DNA of 63,949 nucleotides, filler included, from Pirum gemmata (GCA_002812295.1; 19 parts of 19 records of this genome joined end to end with filler, not necessarily neighbours in it); one strand, 5' to 3'. Positions 50,090 through 63,426 are shown, counted from the first letter of the whole stretch. Made by a program: numbers and translations. The notes: a model not told the origin generated them from the letters alone.

Positions 50090-51000
50090 TCTGTGTTTGC
50101 ATTTTTGTGTTGGTATGTAACTGTTTTTGTTCCCTTTGGTCTTACTCTATGTGTGTTTTCTTGCTTTTGAAACCGTTGATCAGTAACCTCCCCTACTATC
50201 TTTTAAATTCGTTGGTCTGTATCCTTCTCTACCTGGTCCTCAATTTTCTTTTCTTGGTTTTGTTATTTTTCATTTAGTTTGTTCACTTTGTCTTTTAAGA
50301 GATGTAGTCGGTCCATTATCTATTGGAATGTAGCTTCGTCAAGCTTTTTTGATTCTTGGGCCATTTGGACCATTTGGGCATAGGTTTTTGTGTACTTTGT
50401 TTTGGTAGTTGTTGTATTTGGAGTTCCGTTGATAATATTTTCGCTTCTTTCTTGGGCTCTGTTTTGGCTATCTTGTCTTGCTTTTTGGATATATGGGCAT
50501 TATGTGGAGCAGGTGTTGCCAAGGCTCCATGGCAGTTTGCGCATTTCGTTTTCCCCGTGCATTTGGCTTTTTCCGTATGATGATGATTGCCTGCATATAC
50601 TAGGCAGGTTACTTTGTTTTTGCAGTTGGATGCTGTGTATCCTAGCTGTTGGCACTGGTAGCATTGTAAATATCTGTCATTTAGGTGGACTTTTAATACT
50701 TGGAAACCGATTTTTAAGTAATCCAGTAATTAATAGTAGCTTTCTTTTTTCTTCTGTTTCAAACTTTTAATTAATATATACTTTTTTGTGAGCTCTCGGT
50801 CTTTTCCTTTTGTTATCCTTGTAAAGTAATGTTGTTGATCAGTTCATAGCTTTTTCATGAGCTATAAGTGATGTTGATTGATTCATGTAGGTAAATGAAT
50901 CCAGAAATTGGTCTGGACGTTGCTGTGTTGGTTACACTTGCTATTCCTCCTGAGAATGCCTCTTTTGGCCAATTGAGAAAGTCTTGGTGTGTTTGTTTAT
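50090..51000 (-). pseudogene. Non-LTR retrotransposon (LINE) ORF1/gag-like relic
   Basis: Minus frame LKIGFQVLKV..LQCYQCQQLGYTASNCKNKVTCLVYAGNH..C..TKCANCHGA../..CP is a degenerate triple CCHC zinc knuckle typical of I/Jockey/Tad1-type ORF1; frameshifted. Confidence 0.75.
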
Positions 51001-51311
51001 CATCTGAGATCGAGATATCGTGATATGTCATAGAGATATGATAGGCTCTCGAGTCTCGAGTCTCTGTTGTCTCTATGTACTACTCTAGCTAGCTAGCTAG
51101 CTACTAGCTAGAGTACTACTACTACTACTACTACTGGAGCTACGGGGGTTATTAGATAGGAATGGTATATCAATAGCTTTACAGGGGGTCTGGGAAAAAC
51201 GTCACTTTGACGTCATCATTTTTTAAATTTTCTTTACCCAGGACACCTTTTTTTTGTTTTTTTTTTTTTTTTTGCACTTTTTTTTTTTAAAAAAAAACTA
51301 TTTTGTTAGAA

Positions 51312-51365
<54 letters not shown>

Positions 51366-51587
51366 AGCTAAGTTGGATAAAACAGTAGAAATCTTTTTTT
51401 TTTAGACTTCTTTTCTAAAAACCTTTAATCTTCACTAGCCAAATTATTTTTAAAAAAAGCCATCGGCTCATAATAGGATTTTCTTAATTAGAAAGTTTCT
51501 CAAATTTTGGTAGTACTTTTATTAAAATTGGCTCATTTTGAGTTTTTTTGGATTTTTGAGCTCATATGGCGGATCACGAGATTTTTN

Positions 51588-51879
51588 TTTCATGGAGTCT
51601 TCGCAAGTAGTCATTTTATAGTAGGGGTGAGATATCTACTGGAACTTTTTTCGAACAGATGCTTATCCCTCCTCGACAAAAGTTTTTTACCGGTTCTGGA
51701 GTCCTGAAAGAGCAAGATGACATACAGCAACTAGATTTTTACAAACCATAGCAAACAAACCATAGCAAACAGCAAAGACTCCATTTTCAAGACTCCATTT
51801 TCATGGAGTCTTCGCAAGTAGTCATTTTATAGTAGGGGTGAGATATCTACTGGAACTTTTTTCGAACAGATGCTTATCC
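51588..51879. repeat. ~80-bp direct duplication containing the 5' end of MITE A
   Basis: TTTCATGGAGTCTTCGCAAG...AGTAGGGGTGAGATATC...GATGCTTATCC at 51588-51668 and 51799-51879. Confidence 0.85.
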
Positions 51880-52176
51880 NNNNNNNNNNNNNNNNNNNNN
51901 NNNNNNNNNNNNNNNNNNNNNNNTTAATTAATTAANNNNNNNNNNNNNNNNNNNNNNNNNNNNNNNNNNNNNNNNNNNNGTTATGGTTATGGTTATGGTT
52001 ATGGTTATGATTGTGTGTTTGGTTATGGTTGTGTTTATGGTGGTTATGGTTAAACTGATGTTTATAGTGTTAGTTATAGTTATAATCATGTTATGCTTTA
52101 TGAATATTATCATTATAATATGGTGATGCTGATTGTTTTTCGTGGTGTTGCTGATTGTTATTCGTTATGTTTTTAG

Positions 52177-52402
52177 AAATGTCGTTCAATATGTCTCTAA
52201 CATTAACATTGCTACTGAGGACTCGTATTTTGATGACGAGCGTTATGATGATAAAGACAATCTTTCTCAATCAGCTAGAAACCTTTCCAATAGAGGTTAA
52301 AATAATAATAATAATAATTACCACTACCACTACCATCATCATCATCATCATATCATCATCATCATCATTCATCATCATCATCAATATCAATATCAATATT
52401 AA

Positions 52403-52446
<44 letters not shown>

Positions 52447-52514
52447 CCCATCATCATCATCATCAGTACCATCATCATCATCATCATCCATCATCATCCA
52501 TCATCATCATTATT

Positions 52515-52548
<34 letters not shown>

Positions 52549-52725
52549 CCATCATCATCATTATCATCATTATCACCATTATCATCATTATCTTCATTAT
52601 CATCATCATGATTATCATCATTATCATTATCATCAATATCATCATCAATATAATCAATATCACCAGCTCTATAACACACCATCATCATCCCCTTCATCAT
52701 CATAACCGTTGGTATCAGTATTATT

Positions 52726-52756
<31 letters not shown>

Positions 52757-53200
52757 ACATCATTATCATCATCAACAACAGAATCCTCATCATTATCATT
52801 ATCATCATCATAAATATCATACCATCAATAACATTATCAATCGTTATCATCATAAATATCATTCCATCAATAACCCATTCCCCATTCCACATTCCTCATT
52901 CCTCATTCCGCATTCCGCATTTGGATATTTTTAAATAAATAAATATATAATAAAATTTACCAAATTAAATGAAATGGATTTATATTGTATTGATTTGGTA
53001 CTATTTATTGTCCCCATTCCCCATTCCCCATTCCCCATTCCCCATTCCCCATTCCCCATTCCCCATTCACCAGTTCTATAACCCACTATCATCATCACCA
53101 TCATCATCATCACCCACGTTAGTATCATTATTGTTAAATTCATTATTATTAAAATCATGCTCATCATCCTCATCATCATAATCAGCATCAGCGTCAGCAG

Positions 53201-53251
<51 letters not shown>

Positions 53252-53520
53252 TATCATTATCATCATAAACATCATCATCAGAAACATCATCATCATCATT
53301 ATCCTCCATTTCCAATTCCCATACTAATAACAATAGCATTCCCATACTAATAACAATAGCAACAACAACAACAACAACCTTAATTCTAATTGTACTCCTA
53401 TCTATAAAATAGATTACCAGGTTATAACCAAAATTGTAGACTATGAACTTAATTCAAATAAACACTTCGACGGTGTATGGCACGTGGAAGGAATGAGTCA
53501 CGAAAATATAATTGCCACAG
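52177..53520 (+). CDS. DUF4246-like protein (putative 2OG-Fe(II) oxygenase fold), two internal exons 52177-52295 and 53413-53520
   Basis: ...RNLSNR|DYQVITKIVDYELNSNKHFDGVWHVEGMSHENIIATG matches the QVIxK..EL..WHVEG..ExIxAT motif. The 1.1-kb intron is made of (CAT)n/(CCCCATT)n. Confidence 0.75.
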
Positions 53521-53808
53521 GTTATTTTCTTTTTTTTGTAATAGTAAATCATCAAACATTAAACATCAAACATCAAACATTAAACATTAAACATTAAACA
53601 TCAGACATCAAACATCAAACATCAAACATCAAACATCAAACAACAATCATCAATAATCAATTATCAATTATTAATTATCAATTATCTATAATCAATCATC
53701 AATCATCAATAATCATCAACCAACAACCAACAAGCATCAAACATCAAGCATCAAGCATCAAACATCAAGTATCAAACATCAAACATCAAACATCCCTCCG
53801 CTAACCCC

Positions 53809-53851
<43 letters not shown>

Positions 53852-53988
53852 TTATTGTCCTATTAGTAGCTTCGTTTTTTTATTTTAATTCGTTGAGCTT
53901 TCAGTTTGAAGTTCTACTATGGAAAACGCTTACTATTATCCTTTGTTTATAAGTGCTTTAGAAACACCTTTTTTGTTTTTTATTTAGG

Positions 53989-54778
53989 ATGAATCCAAAT
54001 AAACCAAATAAACCTAATATCATGCACAGGTAAACAGCATAGTATCATATGTATTATATTTATAAATTTGTGAATAATTTTCGTTTCTTTTATCAAACGG
54101 TAAGGTCAATCGTAACCTTACCTGTATTCTAACTTACTCATTAAACACTATCACAAGTTAAAAAAATTACTTTTCTGTTTATATTCCTATTGTTTTATTG
54201 ACACTGCTACTCGACCCTTAACCCTTTATCAAAAAGTAATAAAATTCCTGTTGAATTGCAAAGCCCAACCTTAACCTTACAATTATTTTTTTTATCATTA
54301 TTGCAGTCTTTCGCCTAGGCCAACCTTAAACCCACCTTACTCATTTAACCTGGGCAACATAACAAAAATAACTTTTCTGTTCCTATTGTTTTATTGTCAC
54401 AGCTGTAGTCATTCGCCTAGTTCAGTCTTAACATTTCCTTTATTCTGTTTTATACATTTAACCTGAACAACTTAATAAAAATAACTTTTGTGTGTTATTG
54501 CCACTGTTGTAGCCATTCGGTTGGTGCTACTCCTCAGCGAAAAGCAGTTGAAGACGAAGAAGAAGAAAGACCAAGCGGTTTACCAAATGTCAATTCTACA
54601 GGATTAAAGAAGAGTTTTCATGAATTGCTCTCTCCTTCGAACTCTAACATGGCTGGTCAGGGTCCCCACAAAGAGAAAGAAAGAAGGAAAAGCAAATTTA
54701 CTACAAAATTGGCGGATGATTTTTTGAAAATGACAACCTTTTCACCTTCTTTCCCTTCTGCGATAATGGATAAGATAG
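53989..54778 (+). CDS. Hypothetical protein, 5' exons 53989-54029 and 54513-54778
   Basis: MNPNKPNKPNIMHS|HSVGATPQRKAVEDEEEE...IMDKI|GT; phase-2 join through a GT-AG intron. Confidence 0.55.
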
Positions 54779-56524
54779 GTACAGCATACTGATAATATCG
54801 CATAATAATATAATGATAATGATATTCGTAAAAATGTGATAATTAACAATTAAAAAAATCTTAAATCTTAATAACAATAACAATAACAATAACAATAACA
54901 ACAATAACAATAACAACAACAACAACAACANNNNNNNNNNNNNNNNNNNNNNNNNNNNNNNNNNNNNNNNNNNNTTAATTAATTAANNNNNNNNNNNNNN
55001 NNNNNNNNNNNNNNNNNNNNNNNNNNNNNNAGTTGTAGTGGTAGTGGTGGTGGTGCAGCTAAAGCAATCATCAATACACCACCACCAAAAACGGTCACCA
55101 CAAGGATGATAGATCACCACCTACTACTAACAAAACTCTACTCCTATTGCCTAGCTAATGATACCCTTACCCTAATTATAACCCTAACCCTAATGATACT
55201 ATTCTCTAGAGGTTAGGTTAGGGTTAGGGTTAGGGTTAGGGTTATTAGGGTTAGGGTTAGAGTTAGGGTCAGGGTTAGGTGTAGCCAGTAGTAGTGCTAG
55301 CTAGTATCATACTAATACTATCGATACTATAATGTGTATATTAATACCGGTATATTAATATTAATATTATATTAATACTACTATTAATACTAGTACTAAT
55401 TATAACAAGCATATATACTAACAAGCTACTAGCTAGCTAGTAAGTACCAGTACTTCTACTCTACTACTTCTCGAGCTGTACATATACTTTTAAAAGCTTA
55501 CTACTCCATACTATAATATAATATATATTATTAATATTAATACTATATCAGATACTACTACTACTACTACTACGCTGCTGCTAATTCTAACTAATATTGC
55601 TACTACGGTATTAATGACGTTACTTAAACTATGACTACTATAGCTACTACTATCAATGTAATAAATTACTAGTACTGTTATTACTTGCAATTACTACTAA
55701 TACTAATACTAATACTATTACTATATTACTGCTATTAATAATTACTATAATTACTACTACTTAAAATAGTTTATACGTAGTTTTTGAAAACATCGATCAT
55801 GATTACTGTTGTTGCCCTATGTGTGTGAAATTTTCATTTTTGAAAACTAGCGAAAAACTGGAATTTGGAACCTTTAGCTAGCTAGCTAGTACACTATTAA
55901 AATATTATTCTCTATAACACACTACGTATACTAGCTATAGTACCAACCCTATAGCAATCAGTTAACCCTAACCCTAACCCTAACCCTAACCCTAACCCTA
56001 ACCCTAACCCTAATAGTACAAAATTACACGACATTTAATTAAATTACAATTAAATGTTGGCTGTTCTCATTTCTCAATGAAAATTGTGAACTAGGAATTT
56101 TTTTGATTAAAGTTATAATTAATTATAAAGCATTATAATTACAATCATTGTATAGTTTGTAATAAATGCTATTGAAGTTTTGATAATGTTTCCACATAAT
56201 AAATGTACAGCTTATTATTGTTTACCCATCAATATTCCGAAAGATTCAGGCTGTGAATCATGATTCTACCCAGCTGTCCAAGTAATTCATGCATTACTTT
56301 ATAAATATTTATTTGTATTGTATTGTATTGTATTGTTGTATTGTATTGTATTGTATTGTATTGTATTGTATTATATTGTTGTAAATATTAATATTCATTT
56401 ATAAATGTATTGATGATTGAATCAATAAACTAATCAATGTGATCTATACAGTCTATGATTCCATAACTACTCCAGACAGTAATATATAACTATTATTTTA
56501 ATACTGACTAAATTCTTTGGTATA

Positions 56525-56704
56525 GCCTTTCAGTTGTTTTGCCATCATAACACATACAATAAAGAGTACCAAATTAATTCAATATAAATCCATTTTATTT
56601 AATTTGGTATATTTTATATTCTAATTATCAATTTAAAAATATCAATTTAAATATTATAAAACCAACAAAATATATACTCAGAGTGACAAAATAAATGAAA
56701 AGCA
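56525..56704. mobile_element. MITE family B copy
   Basis: Homologous to 12938-13119. Confidence 0.8.
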
Positions 56705-56733
56705 TGCACAATATTATCAGACAATATTATATT

Positions 56734-56962
56734 AGTAGGGTGAGATGACGTCATTTTGTTATTACCGAACAGCTGCTGGAACTTTTCCGATTTTATGGTT
56801 TAATACTAGTAATGTTAATATTATTACTTTAATTGGTAACTATTATAATTAGATTTACTAGTTTACGCTATTTAAATACTATTATTAGTAAATAACACGG
56901 AACTAAGGTTGGCTCGATAAGCATTTGTTCGAAAAAATTCCAGTAGATATCTCACCCCTACT
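56734..56962. mobile_element. MITE family A copy
   Basis: AGTAGGGTGAGAT...ATCTCACCCCTACT. Confidence 0.9.
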
Positions 56963-57309
56963 CTTTTTGACTGCTTTTTGTTCTTCGAGGCTTTTATCGT
57001 TGAAGTTGTAAATTTTGTCGGGTGCCAGCGGGCAACTATTTTGGTACCCGAATCCTCTCCCAATTCTGCTCAAGCCTGAAAACTCGAATTTCTGCTGTCG
57101 AAAAAAAAAAAAAGCCAAAATTCAGCCCTGTTCGAAAATTTTTTTTCCATTTTTTCGGGTTTATAAATAAATAAATAAATATACTTGAATACGTAATTGT
57201 TAGCTTAAAATTTTCGAACTTATTTAATTAATGCATAGCCTCGAAAACTCGATTTTTTTATTATTAAACAAAGCAGAATTAGAGAACTATTAGAGAACAC
57301 TCCCAGCAT

Positions 57310-57455
57310 GGGAGCGTTCAAATACTACGTAAATTCAATTTCCCGTCAAATACAGCTTCAAATACCCCTACCTACCTACCCCTCGACGTTAATTTCCTGG
57401 TCAAATACCACCTACCTACCTATCCCTTGACGTGACGTATTATTTGAACACTCCC
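57310..57455. mobile_element. PIF/Harbinger-like MITE family D copy
   Basis: CAT-GGGAGCGTTCAAATACTACGT...ACGTATTATTTGAACACTCCC-CAT. Confidence 0.8.
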
Positions 57456-58745
57456 CATGCATGATGGACCGCATGGACTAAAGTTCTAAAATGGAACAAA
57501 AAAATTAAAAAAAAAAGGAATCTGCTTTGTTTAGAAAAAATCGAGTTTTTCGAAAATTATAAGCTAACAGTTTTAAGTGTTCGAGTATATTTATTTATTT
57601 ATTTATAAACCCGAAAAATGGAAAAAATAATTATCGAACAGAATTTCAGCTTTTTTTTTGACAACAGAAATTCGAGTTTTCGGGCTTATCCACCGGCTCT
57701 TCTATCCAACCAGGGTGTTTTTAGAATAACCAAAATCAAAGAAAAGAAAAAAATTTTTTAAGAAAAAATTCACAAAGCAATAGTCTGACCAATGGGTATT
57801 TAGAAAAAACCTTAGACATTTCGAATGACAGTTAAAAACAACCAACGTTTTCTTCAGAACTAACAAAAATTACCTAGCTAAAGTAGTAGGGAGGATCATC
57901 CATATTATTGAGAATAAATAATAAATAATAAATAATAATAAAAATAAATAATAATAAATAAATTATGATAAATAAATAATAATAAATAATAAATAATAAA
58001 TAATAAATAANNNNNNNNNNNNNNNNNNNNNNNNNNNNNNNNNNNNNNNNNNNNTTAATTAATTAANNNNNNNNNNNNNNNNNNNNNNNNNNNNNNNNNN
58101 NNNNNNNNNNCCCCTACCTACCTACCCCTCGACTTTAAATTCCGGTCAAATACCGCCAACCTACCTACACTCTACCTACCCCTTGATATACAAAAAAAAA
58201 AAAACAGAAAAAAAAAAAGCAACCCTTTATTCAGACCCTTTATTGTCAGTTCCATGGTTTTGATTAGTTGTAGATCACGTGATTTCTGTATTTGGTAATT
58301 TGGGATAGACTTCTCCGAATTCTGCCCCCAAAACTCGAAATTCTGCTTCTGCCTTCTACTCCGAAAACCCCGAATTCTGCCGAGCAGAATTTCTGTACGG
58401 TTCGGTCTGTTCGAATTTTTTTATTAATAAATACATAGATTCGAAAAGTTCGAACAGTTTGAACTATAACGTAATATTATTCGAAATTAATTTTTTTCGA
58501 GTTTATTTGAAAATTCGGGTTTATTAATAAATACATAGGTTCGAAATGTTCAAGCTTATATAATGTAATGTTTATATAATGTTGGACAGTATTAAAAAGT
58601 ATTAATTAAAAGCAGAGTTGTTTATGACTAAGTTTCTGGGGACTGTGACTGTTGGGCTAACTGTTGGGGGTTTACAAATTTTAGTGCACACACAAACACC
58701 ACAGACAAATACCATTATTAAAAAACGTGTTTTTCGTTTTATTTT

Positions 58746-60594
58746 TTAAGGTATGGTATAATTATCTTCCGTGTACTCTAAATCAGAAAGAGTAACTTTA
58801 TAATGTGAATCAGAAACACGCACTCTATTCCCATCAAACTCAGTATTATCAGTTTTGTTTACATTATTATTATTACCAACACCCCCTTCAAGACCCCTTT
58901 CTTCGACCTCGATCGCTTTTACGGTAGGTTTAACCTTACGGTTGTTGTTAGCACTTGGGGTGGTTATTGGGGTAGAGATTGGAGTAGGGCCTGCTGATGG
59001 TATGCCGTTTACTACATATATAATTTCACTACTGGTACAAATTGAAGTATCTATTTTTTCATTCGTTAACTTATTATTAATATTATCATCACTACCATGC
59101 TTAACATCGTAATAACTTCCACTTTTCAAACCAGTGTTATGATTTTGAACCTCCCCTTCATTTTCTGCGGGGGGGTGGCGGCGGGAACCGGTACTATCAA
59201 AGCTGTTTCGCGTAGTGACGTCATTATTATTATTATACTCACCATCACTTAATAAAATAATTGTATTATCCCCTCCAAATTCACTTTTAATAAATTCTTG
59301 AGGTGTTAAACCGTTTAATAAGTCTTTCGTTTTCTTTCGATTTGTGTATAAAAACCAAGCACCCATAATCGTAACTATAATCACCACCACGATCCCAACC
59401 ACAACGCCAATTATAAGAGAAGTGGATGATACTTTAACTTTGTATTTCTTACAATCACACGTGTAAACACCAAAATTATCTTTAAATTGTAAACAATCAT
59501 TCTGGTTTGGGCATTTATTGCATTTGCTATTTTTCGTATCAAAAACAAAACCCATACTACAACCGGACGATTGACATGCACAGTCGACATCACTAGCGGT
59601 ATAAGCACAACCATTATCCTTTGAACAACAAGTTGAGCCAACTTTAACTGAGTTTCTACTACATACTCTACAATCACAATCCACACCTGGCTTGGTAAAG
59701 TATTCACAATTACCATTCATACTGCAAAATTGTGGTTCGTTATTTCTAATCTTAAATCCAAGTTTAGCAGTGACACAATCACAGGTTCCCATCTTGTATT
59801 TCACACAGCGGGCATCGATTTTACATTTTAAATCCACGCATGTACCGTTAGAGAACTTGAACCCAACTTTACATCCATTTTCTACGCAGAAACAAGTTTG
59901 TGGTATTGTGTCATTGAAAATACCACACCCTTTATCAGCACATTGATCACAATCACAATCAACACCAGCGTTTTTGTATGTAGAACAAAGTCCGACATTA
60001 CTACAATTCGTGACAGTGTTGTTGACTATTTGGAAACCATCATCGGCTTTGATACAACCACACTCAATACCAGGTTTTTCATACTTAAAACATAAGCCAT
60101 TGTCCTTGCATTTTTCAGGTTTGTTGTTAACAATTTTAAACCCGGGTTTTGCAATTTTACATTTACACGTACCTTTATGATATTCTTTACAATTATCTAA
60201 AATATCTTTCGCGCATGGTTTACAAAAATCATTTAAAAACTCAAAGCCAGATTTACAACTATTTGGCTTACATTCGCAAAAACTGTTACCCACAACATTA
60301 TCATCACAAGAGTTAGTATTACAATTCAAACAATCACAAGTTTGTCCAGGTTGTAGATAGGTTAAACAATCGGATTCGCATTGTGTTAAGTTTCCGAGGT
60401 GATCAATCAAATAACCCTCTTCAGCTTCTAAGCATTGGCATTGGTTAGCTTTAAATAACTTACACTTAATTTTAATAGCAGGATCACATTCGTCACATTC
60501 TGATGATGTATTATTCAATGAAAATCCCTGTCCACATAGCGTGCACGTGCAGAGATTATTTGTAATTTGTGAAGTTTGGCATCCAACTATTGGC
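58746..60594 (-). CDS. Cys-rich (furin/VSP-like repeat) single-pass receptor, last exon
   Basis: Repeated CxC..GF..C/CDC units; TM LIIGVVVGIVVVIIVTIMGAWFLY; Tyr-containing tail. The frame extends upstream of the listed ORF to an AG acceptor at 60596-60595. Confidence 0.85.
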
Positions 60595-60683
60595 CTGAGG
60601 AGTTGGTTTAAAATTTAATGTTGTAATTATAAAAATATTAATTATTATTAATATGCTATTAATATATTAATTTTCATGGTGGT

Positions 60684-60847
60684 ATTAGGGTTAGAGTTAG
60701 GGTTAGAGTTAGGGTTAGAGTTAGGGTTAGGGTTAGGGTTAGGGTTAGAGTTAAGTGTAAGGTTAGGGTTAGGGTTAGGGTTAAGGTAAGGGTAAGGGTA
60801 AGGGTAAGGGTAAGGGTAAGGGTAAGGGTAAGGGTAAGGGTTAGGGT
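60684..60847 (-). repeat. Probably intronic telomeric-variant tract (CCCTAA/CCCTTA/CTCTAA on the sense strand)
   Basis: Direct reading, upstream of the 60594 exon. Confidence 0.85.
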
Positions 60848-63426
60848 GATAAGCATCTTATCATTTTAAATAATGGTAGAGGACGCGTGCATTTAGTAGC
60901 TTTTTCAATGTGAAAGGGGAAGGGCTGGTGGTTATAATTAAGTACTATGGGTAAGTATTTAGGTTTGGAGTGGTTTAGTGTAGTGATGATTAATTGTGAT
61001 TGTGGTTGGCTGTGGTATGAGATTGAGATTGTTCATGTGGTTATTGTTGTCGTTTTGAGTGGTGGTGGTGGTGGTGGATGGTGGGTGGTGGATGGTGGGN
61101 NNNNNNNNNNNNNNNNNNNNNNNNNNNNNNNNNNNNNNNNNNNTTAATTAATTAANNNNNNNNNNNNNNNNNNNNNNNNNNNNNNNNNNNNNNNNNNNNT
61201 CTTTTTTGACGTCATATAACTCATATATGTCATTATTATAAAAAAAAAAAAGGGCAATGCGGAAAAAGATCTTATGCGCAAAAATTGAGCTTTTATATAA
61301 TTTAGTTATAAATAATCTATCGCTCATTGGACCAACAAAATTTCGCATTTTATGAGCAATTAGTCCCTTCTTTTTTAGTGACGTAGTAGTGGCGTAATAT
61401 GATAAGAAAAATTGGCTTCCTCGAAATCAAACTAGCGTGAAATCAACAAAGAATGAGAAATGAGCTAGGAGAAAATGAGAGTGAAATGAGCTTTTTTTTA
61501 GCATTTTTTTATAATTATCATAATATCATTAAAAAATTCCAAATAAATATAATATTGACCCATTTTATTTGATTTGGTGTGTTTTATTATCTATTTTTTA
61601 ATATAAAAAAGGTCAGATTCCCTTCGGAATGGGAGGTGTGTGGAAGAAGTGAAGACATTTCTGGGAAAATTTTAACCACCAAAAATACAACTAAAAATAC
61701 TCTCTTTCCAGCCAGTCTAAGACTCTAAATAAGTTCTAACTATCATAAATACTACAGCAAAAAGTTACATTATCCCCGTTACAATTTATATAATATTATA
61801 TAGACTAAAATCCAAAAATACGGTATAATATACAAAAAAACTTCAATATCGATAGTTTTAAAAAATAAATGCTGTTCTTATTATAATTTTTGTAGTACTT
61901 ATTAATTAAATTAAGATTTCTCCTTTGTTTATTTTTAACATGAACTAACGTTAAAACCCTTAACTCTAATATCCCTATCCCTATCCCTATCCCCTAACCC
62001 TAATAACTCTAACTCTAACTCTAACTCTAACTCTTAACTCCAACTCCAACTCTAACTCTAATTATAATTATAATTATAATTATAACCCATTTATGTTTAT
62101 CTTAATTATTTCTTATTAATATAAATTGTTTGATTAACTATGATTTTAACTAACACAATATTTTGTGCACAGGTACATTTTTTTGTTATATATACTATTA
62201 TTTAGGCTTAGGCTTAGGCTTAGACTTAGGGTAAGGAGTGGTTAGGGTTATAACGTTAGGGTTAGGGAGTGTTAGTTAGGAGTGATTAGGGTAAAGGGGT
62301 GTAGGGTTAGGAGTGGTTAGGGTTAGGGTTAGGAGCAGGAGTAGTTAGGGTTATAATTAGGGTCATCGTTACGATTAAGAGTTAGGCAATTTTATACTTA
62401 ATTTATAATCCACTTAGTGTTATGTTTGAGCATTAGTGCACTTTAATATATTACTTGTTCTGTAAAAAACAAATATTTTACATTAATTTTTTTTGTTTTT
62501 CGTATTAGCTATAGTTCTGTATAGTTTCTGTATTTGTATAAGTTTAATTGATATATTATAATTACGTATTAATATTAATACTGGTGTTGGTAATTGTTAG
62601 TGGTACTGATGATGGTATTGGTTATGATGATAATGCTGATGATGGTGATGGTGATGGTGATGGTGATGGTGGTGTTGGTGGTAATGATAATAATGAGGAT
62701 GGATGAGGGGGTTGTTGGGGTTGATGATTATGTTGATAATATATATATATATAATTATGATATGCCAATAATACATCATTTTATGCTGTACATGTTCACA
62801 TGTGTATATTAAAATTTACTTTAATTTCAATTAAAATGCTAGCGCTATTAATGTTATTAATATTATTGCAATTAAAAAATGTTATTAATTAAATGTTATT
62901 AGTATTGCTTAAAATTTAATTAATAAAATGTTGCTGTTGGTTATCGAATTTTGTTGTTATAAATGTTGAATGAAAATCTATGTAAACAAGTACCAATTGT
63001 TCTTGAAAAGCTTCTTGTTGTGATTATAATATTGTTTATAAATAATATCAATTACAAACATTTCAAAATTATTGATAATAATAATAATATCATATTATTA
63101 TAATAATATTGTGCTGTAATTACTTTGGGAGAAAAAGAAGTGATGAAACTTTGGCGTGGGAAAAGTTACAGTAGACGGTAGTTCGTTTAAATTTAAATTT
63201 CTTTATTAAAATATTAATATAACTTTCTTTTGTTATATTATAACCATGCGTAACGGACTCCCAACGATATAATATTACTTCATTTTCACCAAGAAGATAA
63301 CTTTGGCAACCAACATCTTTCTGATTTTCATAATAATTACAAAGATTTATATATTATAAAGCTTAATTAAAATCAAGGGTGTAGTTCTAAATTTACTAAT
63401 TGCAAGTGTAATCATATCTAACGGTA

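Noticed and set aside
52155..53345. Poly-I/M/D/H ORFs (also 27121, 33303, 41108-41485, 42523, 62594)
   Set aside because: Microsatellite translations, mostly intronic.
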